From Octopus sinensis (taxonomy: Eukaryota), in NCBI RefSeq assembly GCF_006345805.1, contig NW_021834487.1, forward strand, positions 1 to 64,000: DNA of 64,000 nt, written 5' to 3'. Position numbers and translations under genes: made by a program. Position 1 is the first letter of the stretch, and the number at the start of each line of letters is the position of its first letter. Shown piece by piece: positions 54,230 to 64,000 of this stretch. The notes under the pieces were generated by a model. The model was not told the DNA's origin and searched no databases. It saw only the letters and a program-made list of their open reading frames with translations.

Positions 54230-55060
54230 AGAGGGTATGGAAAGTCTGTGAGTGAGAGATTTATAACGCGTTTGAGGGATTGAGAACGAGAGAGAGAGAG
54301 AGAGTTAGATTAACTGGGAGAGAGAAATCAGAGATATAGATCAAAGCAAGAAACAGATTTATAGTCATAAAAAGGAACAGAAACATATAGACAGATAAAT
54401 GAATGGAGAGAGAGAGAGAAAGAAAGAAGGAGAGAGTGTATGTGTGTGAGTAAGTAAGTGTGTGTGTGTGTGAGTGAGTAAGTGAGAAAATCATTGTGAG
54501 TTTGAGGTAATCAGAAGCAGATTGGGGAGGAGAGAGAGAAATATTAGCAGAGAGTGAAGTAGAAAGGAAAGATATAGATCAAAAGCGAGAAACGTACATA
54601 TATTGATAAAGAGGTACAAACGTAGAGAGAGAGAGAGAGAAAGAGAGGGAAGTGGGGAGAGAGAGAGAGAGAGAGAGAGGCGGAATGGTACAGGAATGGT
54701 AACAGAGATTGAGAGGGAGGCAGACACAGATACGAAAGCATTACACGGAGAGAGTAAGAGTGAGAGAAAGTGTATGTGTGTGTGTGAGAGAGAGAGAGAA
54801 AGAGAAAGAGAGAGAGAAAGAGAAAGAGAGAGAGCGAGTATCGGGTATGAAGAAATAGACTGAGAATGAGAGAGAGAGGAAGAGAGAGAGAGAGAGAGAG
54901 AGACGAAAACTATGGACACAGATTGAAGAAGAGAGGTACAACCGTTAGAAAAAAGAACGAGAGAGATAAAAGGAGAGGATGTATGTGTGAGAAGGCGGGA
55001 CTGTGTTTGTGAAAGTTAAGCATACAGAGCGACAAAGAGAGAGAGAGAGAGAGAAACGGG
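54230..55060. repeat. Degenerate (GA)n-rich field
   Basis: Direct inspection. Confidence 0.9.
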
Positions 55061-55198
55061 GTGGGGAGTATGCGAAAGCGGTGTTTGGTGATGGATTATC
55101 CAGAAACTGAAATCAAACGTAACGGTGTTTATAACGAGATGATTTGTAGTTTAATTTCAAGAATGTGCAACAAACAGTGGTCGCTGCTTGCTTCCGAG

Positions 55199-55200
55199 CA

Positions 55201-55256
<56 letters not shown>

Positions 55257-55600
55257 AATGATGACGATGATGATGATGATGGCGATGATGATGACGACGA
55301 CGACGAAGATGATGATGTTGGTGATGATGGCGATGATGACGACGACGACGAAGATGATGTTGGTGATGATGATGATGATGATGAGGAGGAGGAGGAGGAG
55401 GAGGAGGATGACGATGGCGACGACGACGATGATGATGATGATGATGATGACGATGTTGGTGATGATGATGATGATGATGATGGGTAGATGAATGGATATC
55501 GAGTGATATCAAGTCCGCTGTAGCATATCTGTTCTCGTTCCGATTTAGAACTTATAATACTCATCTTCTTTTTTCAATATTATTATTATTATCATCATTA

Positions 55601-55640
<40 letters not shown>

Positions 55641-55660
55641 CATTATTATTATTATTATTT
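55199..55660. repeat. (GAT/GAC/GAG)n array followed by (TAT)n
   Basis: Direct inspection; the poly-D/M/H/S ORFs are repeat translations. Confidence 0.95.
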
Positions 55661-56145
55661 CTTTTTCTCTCCGTTTCACTAGAATGTCCTTGAATGTTTT
55701 ATTTATCTATGTTTTTTCTTTTTCATTTTTCGTAGCACAGTGGCTGCGCAGGAAAGCCCTACCCACCCTTCAACCACACACCACCACTACACTCCCACCA
55801 CCACCACCACCAGCCGCAAATTCCCACTTCTACACTAAAACCATTTTCTTTTACGATCTTCATTCTTTTTCTCTCCCCCAAACTATAATCTGTCCACAAC
55901 TCGCTGCTTCGCTTTTCAATGCTAGACAGCAACACCATACAAATTATCTCAACCTCTCAGAGTTTTCTCTATGACATTCGCATGTAACATTAGAATAACG
56001 ATCTTAAAGCGAATTGTTATTTCAGCAGAAAATACATAGCGGCTTAAGTTGAGAGTGCACAGGCTTGAACTTGATTTATGTGTGTCTTTGAGTAGATATG
56101 TGTTTGTGTATATGTGTTTAGGCATAAACATATGTATGTAGATAG

Positions 56146-56935
56146 GGCGCAGGATTGGCTGTGTGGTAAGTAGCTTGCTTCCCAACCACATAGCCGTGGG
56201 CTAAGTCCCACTGCGTGGCACCTTGGGCAAGTGTCTTCTACTATAGCCTCGGGCCGACCAAAGACTTGTGAGTGGATTTGGTAGACAGAAACTGAAAGAA
56301 GCCAGTCGTATATATGTATACATATATGTGTGTATATATGTGTATATGTTTGTGTGTCTGTGTTTGTACCCCAACATCGCTTGACAACCGATGTTGGTGT
56401 GTTTACGTTCCCGTAACTTAGCGGTTCGGTTAAAGAGACCGATAGAATAAGTACTAGGCTTACAAAGAATAAGTGATGGGGTTGATTTACTCGACTAAAG
56501 ACGGTGATCCAGCATGGCCGCAGTCAAATGACTGAAACAAGTAAAAAGAGAGGATGGAATGTTTCACAGGTGTGGCTGTGTGGTAAGAAGCTTGTTTCCC
56601 AACTTCATGGTTCCGGGTTCCGTCCCACGTCGAAGACCTTGTGAGTGGATTTGGTAGACGTAAACTAAAAGAAGCCAGTTGTATTTATATATATATATAT
56701 GTGCATGTGTGTGTGTGTATTTGTGTGTGTTCGATTCTGTGTTTGTTCCCCCATCATCGCTTGACAATCGATGCTGGTGTGTTTACATCCCCCGTAATTT
56801 AGCGGTTCGGCAAAAGAGCGCGATAGAATAAGTACTGGACTTACAAAGAATAAGTCCTGTGGTTTATTTGGTCGATTAAAGGCGGTGCTCCAGCATGACT
56901 GTAGTCAAATGAATAAAACAAATAACAGAATAAAA
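56146..56935 (+). mobile_element. Two tandem family-B SINEs (about 56146-56551 and 56567-56935)
   Basis: Both have the GGCTGTGTGGTAAG head and conserved body. Confidence 0.92.
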
Positions 56936-57508
56936 AAATACTCGTCAGACATCAAGAAAGAGCTTGAGGAAAAAAAAATTCTTATTAGATGATTCGTTGA
57001 TATTTTTGCTCTCATTTTTGTAGCAAACTTTTCGAACGGATCCCGATTCCCTATTTGTCTACATTTTTCTACATATAATACAGGCGCAGGCTCAAATACC
57101 GCGGAACTTGACTTTACCTTTCATCGTTTCGGGGTCGATAAAATATGTACCTGTTGAGCACTGGGGTCGATGTAATAGACTTACCCCCACCCGTAAAATT
57201 TCAGGATTTGTGCATATAGTAAAAATAATTATATAGAAGCTGGCATGGTTATATGGTTAAAGAGCTCACATTGCAACCTCGTAATTTCCGCATCGCCTTG
57301 GCGCAAGTGTTTTCTACTAAAACACCAGGTCACATAATGTTTGTGAGTGAATTTTGAAGATATTTAGTGTTATTTATTCCAGATCTTGTTTCTCCGAGTT
57401 CAAACCTCCCCGTGGCTAACTTACTCTTTCATTGCTCCAGTGTCGATAAAATGAAGTACTAATAAAATACTAGAATCAACTGCTATATGAACACCCCCCG
57501 CCCCTCTG

Positions 57509-57561
<53 letters not shown>

Positions 57562-57707
57562 ATATACGTGTACGCCAATTCGGCTGATCTCAGCCTGGTT
57601 CCTGTCATTTAAAGGAGGATGTTAGCTAGCCCAAACTCCGAGTCAAAGAGTTGAAATAAGGATTGCCATTTTGACACACATACACACAAACGCCCAAACA
57701 CACACAC

Positions 57708-57738
<31 letters not shown>

Positions 57739-58388
57739 ACACACACAAACACACACAAATACGCACACTCATATACACACACCACAAAGACTTGTTTTCT
57801 GAAGATTGCAACTTGAAATGTTGGTAACTTAGAAGCCGACATGTCAAGAGTGATTCGAACTATATGCGGAACAGCATGAGACGGACGATGATCTAAAATT
57901 TTGTCGCCACATGATTAGCCATAGTGCTACCAAGATAGACAATTATTTTAATGCACTGAAGAGTTCCGCCTGTGTTCAATATTTGTAACAAAAATTGCTT
58001 CATGAGACAAATGATGAATTACCTAATCTAACAAGATATTAAATATTGTTGATTCCTTACATGAAAAGAATCACGTAATTTTTATATGGGGGAGTAGAGT
58101 AGACTTGTTCACTCTCAGTTTTCGAATGTTCGACTAGTATTGTATTTGGCCGCTCTATGAAGAATGAGAAGTGTAGTTGACTCTGACAGGGCATGGTCAA
58201 ATATTGCCAATTATAACTGAATACCAGAAGGCATTTCATTCAAATCCCGAACGATCCACGAATAGATGATAATTTAATACGGGAAGCAAGAATGGAATTC
58301 CACCGGGGGTTAGTAGAAGTTTGTATATAACGATTGCTGGACAACCTCTCACACTACAGAAAGCCTGCCAAGTTAAGTAAGTACTTGC

Positions 58389-58425
<37 letters not shown>

Positions 58426-58500
58426 TTCATTGAAGCTATACTTATGAATGCATAAATAGTATGTATATATATATACCTGTAAAATAATATGCGACAATTA

Positions 58501-58605
58501 TTCGGTTGCCACAATAAAACTCCGAGTTTCGGGTGTCGGGACGGAAATCTGCTCCGGCATCTCGCCCCGATAGCCGAAACTCAGAGTTTTATTATGGCAA
58601 CCGAA
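58501..58605. mobile_element. 105-bp mariner-type MITE / hairpin, flanked by TA
   Basis: TA|TTCGGTTGCCACAATAAAACTCCGAGTTTCGG ... CCGAAACTCAGAGTTTTATTATGGCAACCGAA|TA; 32-bp arms with 2 mismatches. Confidence 0.8.
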
Positions 58606-58704
58606 TAAATCTCACATATTAAATTACAGATAAATTCCTCTATTTACATAATAGAGAGGTACCTTATTTACATTATTTACAATTGACGGATATTTGTCCT
58701 CATC

Positions 58705-58744
58705 TTCTTTAGGTTGATATAACCTCCAGCTTTCATCAGGTGTC
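58705..58744 (-). ncRNA. Decayed hammerhead remnant, same family as 13556-13601
   Basis: GACAC CTGATGA AAGCTG GAGGTTATAT CAACCT; GAAAC and stem III are lost. Confidence 0.55.
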
Positions 58745-58842
58745 TTGGGGAAATTTATTATTATCCTGGAATCGAACTCGTATCCCGCGCTCTGAACCAC
58801 TACGCCACATACCCGTGGCAATTATGGAGTGAATTTTAGGGT

Positions 58843-59525
58843 TTATAAATCTAATATTCTCCTATCCTTCCTTAATGCCCGTTCCCATATACTGTTCATA
58901 TCTGCACTCGATCTGCTTAGGAGGTTGTTGTGTCCTAGCATATGTGCTGCTTCATTAAGTTTTCGTATTTCCCAGTGATGTTCTCTGTCTATTATTTTAA
59001 CTTCATCCTACAGGAGGAGGTATTCTCCATTTTTCCATACATGATCAGGTATACCCGATTTATAAATTTCTCCCCGTGTCACAGCTTTGCGATCTTCGTC
59101 TACCCTTATTTTGAGGGGTGGCATGTTTCGCCTTTGTATAACCTACCACAGCTGCATGGGATGGAGTACACGCATTTCTTAATCATATCGTCTTCTATTG
59201 GTGGTTTTACTCGAAGGAGATATTTGCGAAGTGTTGTATTACTTTTGAATACTGTCCTGATGTCATATGGGCCCCATATATTTTGTATCTTTTCGGAGAG
59301 GCCTTTCACATAGGGTAGACAGACTGCGGACTGTTTATCGATTTCATTCCCTCTTTTCTTCATAATTGGAGTGGAGAGTACGCTTTTGGGGTAGTTGTTG
59401 CTTAATAGATTGTTACTGAGCTTACACATTTCTTCATGGTGGGTATCACGATCGCTACTTATATTCATTGCTCGATGTTTTAGGTACTTACCAGCCCCTC
59501 TCTTTACACTGTATGGATGGTGGGA
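58843..59525 (-). pseudogene. Penelope RT thumb + GIY-YIG endonuclease (frameshift near 59115, one internal stop)
   Basis: SHHPYSVKRGAGKYLKHRAMNISS (RT thumb motif), CLPYVKGLSEKI, CVYSIPCSCGRLYKGET (GIY-YIG), then KIRVDEDRK..KSGIPDHVW..RKLNEAAH. Confidence 0.9.
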
Positions 59526-59865
59526 GTGAGTTGTGGTATATATATATATATATATTATATATATATAATATTATATATATATATATATTATATATATAAA
59601 TATAATATATATAATATTATATATGTATGTATATATATGTAATTATATATATATAAATCTAAATATCTATCTATCTATATATATCTTATATATATATATA
59701 TATGTATATATATGTATATATATATATATATTAGCTCCTGGCTTAGCTAGGGGGTTGGGGTGGCGTCATGCGGGGTGGCGTATTCGAAGCTAAAACAATG
59801 CGAACGCATTGTGACCAGCGATGTGTAACAACATCTGATGGTCTGGTCGGTCACGTGATCACGTG

Positions 59866-59939
<74 letters not shown>

Positions 59940-59989
59940 GTGGAGGAGAGAGAGGAGAGAGATTGATAGATAGATAGATAGATAGATAG

Positions 59990-60030
<41 letters not shown>

Positions 60031-60986
60031 TGGAAACGAAATTGATTTCAGAGAAATAATTCAGACTGGTCAATAGTAAAGATATACAAAATAAAGACGA
60101 TTATGCTTAAATCAAACACAATGAAGTGTATATTCTTAATTTAATGGTATTATATTTCCTTCGAGAGAACTGTAAATAGGTGCCTTATGGCAATAGCAAG
60201 TAACTCTGAATGAGAAAATAAGATAATTTCTAAACAGAAGTATTCTCAAAAAAAGATGAAGCATCAGGGGAAAAGAGCCTGTATTCTGGATGCGTGGTTT
60301 CTACCTTAATAATCATAATGTGTACAGCAGTCTTCTTACCTTAATGCTAGCGGACGAGATACATAGGCATATTCAAAAAGCGTAGAAACCCTTTATGGCC
60401 TAGGGTAATTTGTAAAATTTAAATAAATATGAGCTTTGAGAAATAACTAAGATAAGTTAGCCTGATGGCTAGTAAAGACAAACAAAGATTTTTTTATGGT
60501 ACGTAATGCAAATTTTCATTTTTACGTCACTACTTTTCACTACTTGGCGCAAATCGGAAATAACGTGAGAACTGCCAATCGTTTCGAACAACCAGTATAG
60601 ATAGACAAGATACAATATAGTAAACCAGAAATATATTTCCAAATAAACCAGGAATATTTATGTATGTATGTATGTATGTATGTATGTATGTATGTATGTA
60701 TGTATGTATGTATGTATGTATGTATGTATGTCCAAGCATGCGGTCGAGGCAATACAGTTTGCAATTTTCACTTCATTTTTAATAGTAGTATGTGCAGCGC
60801 GTTGACCAATAGCAGACCAGTTTCCAGAAAACTGACAAGATAGATTCGATGGACGGGCGTGTAAAACTTTGCGCAGCATGGACCCGAACCGAACTGTTTT
60901 TAAATAAATATGTAACTCCTACGAATGTGATCAGTGCCACTTTTAACTTTGTTTGTATTTATTAATACATCAATATATCTATGTGC

Positions 60987-61031
<45 letters not shown>

Positions 61032-61105
61032 ATATATATAATATATATATATATATTATATATATATATATATATAAGTATATATATATATATATAATAT
61101 ATATA

Positions 61106-61138
<33 letters not shown>

Positions 61139-61199
61139 GATCGATATATTGATGTATAAATAGAGACTGAAGACCAAAATCTGCCGAAGTAGAGCCGCG

Positions 61200-61247
61200 C
61201 CTACTGATGAGGCAACGGAAATTACCGAAACTGAATTTAGTATAAGG
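61200..61247 (+). ncRNA. Hammerhead ribozyme motif, near canonical
   Basis: CCTA CTGATGA GGCAA CGGAAA TTACC GAAACT GAATTT AGT A TAAGG; one mismatch in stem II and a one-nt bulge in stem I. Confidence 0.6.
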
Positions 61248-62855
61248 AATTCTCATAGTGTTTTCGGACAGTTATTGTCCTTCTCTCTATATATGTATAC
61301 AATTATGTGTTTTTACTATAGCATTAGAGTATTTTAGCTATTATTTCTAGCAATTGAGGTGTTTTTCTTTTAACACCCTGGTAACATTTTGCGACAATTA
61401 TAATTTTCCTTTTTGGTAAAACATTGCAAAAGGCTGCCCATTTTAATTTTATATATAACCTTAACAACATACATAGATACATACAGTTTAAAAACTATAC
61501 ATCGCATGTAAAGAATATATGTGCTTACGCAGGTAAATCCAAAACACACTCAAACATATAGCCTCAGATACATAGACATACGCGCATATGCCTGTGTCAA
61601 TTTCCGCTCATATATTTTTAATTTATTCATTAAAACTGAAATGTATTAATCATTGACTGCAATCTCCAAGTTCCAGATCGCGCATTTCCAAATTAATCAT
61701 TAAAAAATATATAATTATTTTGTTGTATCTGGGGAGAGTCATTCTCTTTTAGTGCCTTATTATTTTACACACTCACCAGTAAAGTTCCACTCATTTACTT
61801 ATGTATTTTTTCGAAAAGTTTAGTTGCGTCTTGCAACCTTTTCAATAGTGTTGCAAACCAAATCCAAAAACGAAATGTATAATTACTTTTATATATAATT
61901 GCTTCGTAACTGAAATGTGAGGTTATGGGAATAAGCATAAAAGTATATAAGCAAAGAAGGCAGAATTATCCATTAAATATATATATAAAGGACAATTCCT
62001 TATTGCTGCTTCTAGTATTATAATTGATATTGCATCTTATTTTGATACAATCGAATCAGTACTTGATTTATAGTTTATTAGTTTTATCGACCCCGGAGAG
62101 ATGCAAAGCAAATTAGACAACCCGTAGATATTGAAAGGAATCTAGATAGGAATCATGGCAAAAATTTCAATTAAATTCGATTCATTTCCAAACTAAAAAT
62201 TAAGCTATAAAATTAACCAGTACGTTTTTAAAATACTCTTATAAACAACGGTATCTAACTCTAGAAGAACACTCATATAACATTTTAAAATGATTTGTGG
62301 ACCTATTTTAGATGAGTATATAAATGTGAGCAGATGAGGTCTTGTCTTTTTAAGATACATAAAACCTTAAAGATGGTATTATTCGTTTATAACCGTGAAA
62401 CTCGAAGTGGATAATGCTAAAAAGTAATAGACTACAAATATTGGGTTAAAATACCTTATGATTGAAAAAGTTGCCCATAAGAATCGAACCCAAATCTTCA
62501 GCCAAACATGGGAGAGGTTCTACCATTGATTCCAAAGCAAATCTTCGAAATATTCGTTCCATTGAAGAAGCTTCGTTCTTATCACCCAGAATCGTTCGCT
62601 GTTTACGCCATGACAATTTAGAAACTTGAATCGAAAGTGAATAATCAATAAACATGTTATAAAGACTGGCTTTTAACATCCTATTTAAACCCAATCCGAT
62701 TAAAAACTCAAACACTCTTTGTCATATTCTGAGAACACAATTTCAAGGGAGAGAATTCTCCAGTAGTTACTTCTATGTAATTGAAAAAGAAGTATTATGA
62801 AAGCTTGTCTTTTATCTTTTAATAACTTCAGCCTTTAAAGTGCGGCCATACTGTA

Positions 62856-63027
62856 GCAATGCCTTGAAGAGTTTTAAATGATTCGATCCTTGTACACTTT
62901 TTAAGCAAGGTACATATATTAATGGCCACTTTTGCCGAACCGCTAAGTTACGAGAACATATGACTGGTGTCAAGCGATTGTGGGGGACAAACACAGAAAC
63001 TAAATCTCATACACACGCAGACACACA

Positions 63028-63070
<43 letters not shown>

Positions 63071-63380
63071 GCGCCGAACACACATTGTAATCCTTGGATG
63101 GAATTTATAAATATTTTAATGGCATCGCCAGGTATCATCATTAGGCAGTAACTGGCATATTGGAATACAAGCTTTTATATTCGAAACATTTCCTTTAACG
63201 AACTTAAAGGATATATGTGTGCGTGTATGCAACGTGCTGCCTTCAGTTTCCACCTACCCAAACCATTCGCAGGGTTTTGGCCGGCCCGAGGTTAGAGTAG
63301 AAGATACATGCCCAAGGTGTCATGCAGTGGGACTGAACCAAGAGGCATTAAGAAACAAATTTCTTATCACACAGCCACAC
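62856..63380 (-). mobile_element. Split family-B SINE
   Basis: 3' part about 62856-63000, 5' part about 63240-63380, with (CA)n and ~150 bp of unrelated sequence between them. Confidence 0.7.
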
Positions 63381-63524
63381 ATACTTAAATTATAAATCTA
63401 GTGTGCTCGACCACAAGAAATTGATAACTTACAACGGCTAACACCTATAGTTTATTTTGTGGGACTTTATTATCAGTTTAGGAAGAAAATATATAGTAGA
63501 CTCCATAAATGTTGCTATTTCAGA

Positions 63525-63705
63525 CTGAAGTAGCTTGCTTACCAACCACATGGTTCCGGGTTCATTCCCACTGCGTGGCACCTTGGGCAAGTGCATTCTA
63601 CTATAGCCTCGCGCCAAACAAAGCCTTGTGAGTGGATTTGATAGACAGAAACTGAAGGAAGTTTGTCGTATATATGTTTACACACACGCACACACACATA
63701 CATAT

Positions 63706-63780
<75 letters not shown>

Positions 63781-64000
63781 ATATATGTATATGTTTGTGT
63801 ATATATGTATGTATGTATGTATGTGAGTGTATATGTTTGTGTGCCTGTGTTTGTACCCCCAACATCGCTTGGCAACCGATGGTGGTGTGTTTACGTCCCC
63901 CTAACTTAGCGGTTCGGCAAAAGAGACCGATAGAATAAGTACTAGGCTTACAAAGAATAAGTCCTGGGGTCGATTGGCTCGACTAAAGGCGGTGCTCCAG
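63525..64000 (+). mobile_element. Family-B SINE running off the window end
   Basis: GTAGCTTGCTTACCAACCACATGGTTCCGGGTTC..., expanded internal (TA)n, 3' GACTAAAGGCGGTGCTCCAG. Confidence 0.92.

Larger units (their letters stand above)
58620..59535 (-). mobile_element. 5'-truncated Penelope-like retroelement with 3' UTR/pLTR
   Basis: Coding remnant (listed separately) followed by a tRNA-like module, AATTTCCCCAAGACACCTGATGAA and a TGTAAATAATGTAAATAA tail; the 5' end abuts (TA)n. Confidence 0.88.

Noticed and set aside
55188-55487. Asp-rich ORF suggesting an acidic biomineralisation-type protein (also 12734-13090)
   Set aside because: A degenerate (GAT)n array that is open in several frames, with no signal peptide or unique flanking coding sequence.

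Overview
This is eukaryotic, AT-rich, non-coding DNA saturated with microsatellites ((TA)n, (CA)n, (CATA)n, (GATA)n, (TAA)n, (TAG/GGT)n, (GAT)n) and interspersed repeats. The repeat families look like those of an Octopus-type coleoid cephalopod genome; this is inferred from sequence recognition, not from a search. No host protein-coding gene, rRNA, real tRNA or CRISPR array can be supported, and almost all ORFs in the track are translations of simple repeats. Supported content: about 30 copies of three tRNA-derived SINE families; decayed Tc1/mariner transposases; several TIR-bearing MITEs (one with an 8-bp TSD and internal TTAGGG repeats); CR1/L2-type LINE scraps; a 5'-truncated Penelope-like element (RT thumb plus GIY-YIG endonuclease); and several tandem and inverted duplications. 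The most interesting signal is a dense set of minimal type-I hammerhead ribozyme (HHR) motifs: about 10 sites, intact or decayed, from at least 7 unrelated sequence contexts. It includes (i) a 305-bp TSD-flanked SINE made of a tRNA-like Pol III head, (TAA)n and an intact HHR, with the same module forming the 3' end of the Penelope element, and (ii) a 364-nt retrozyme-like unit present as a partial tandem with a 312-bp inverted copy in front. Coordinates of degenerate repeats are approximate.
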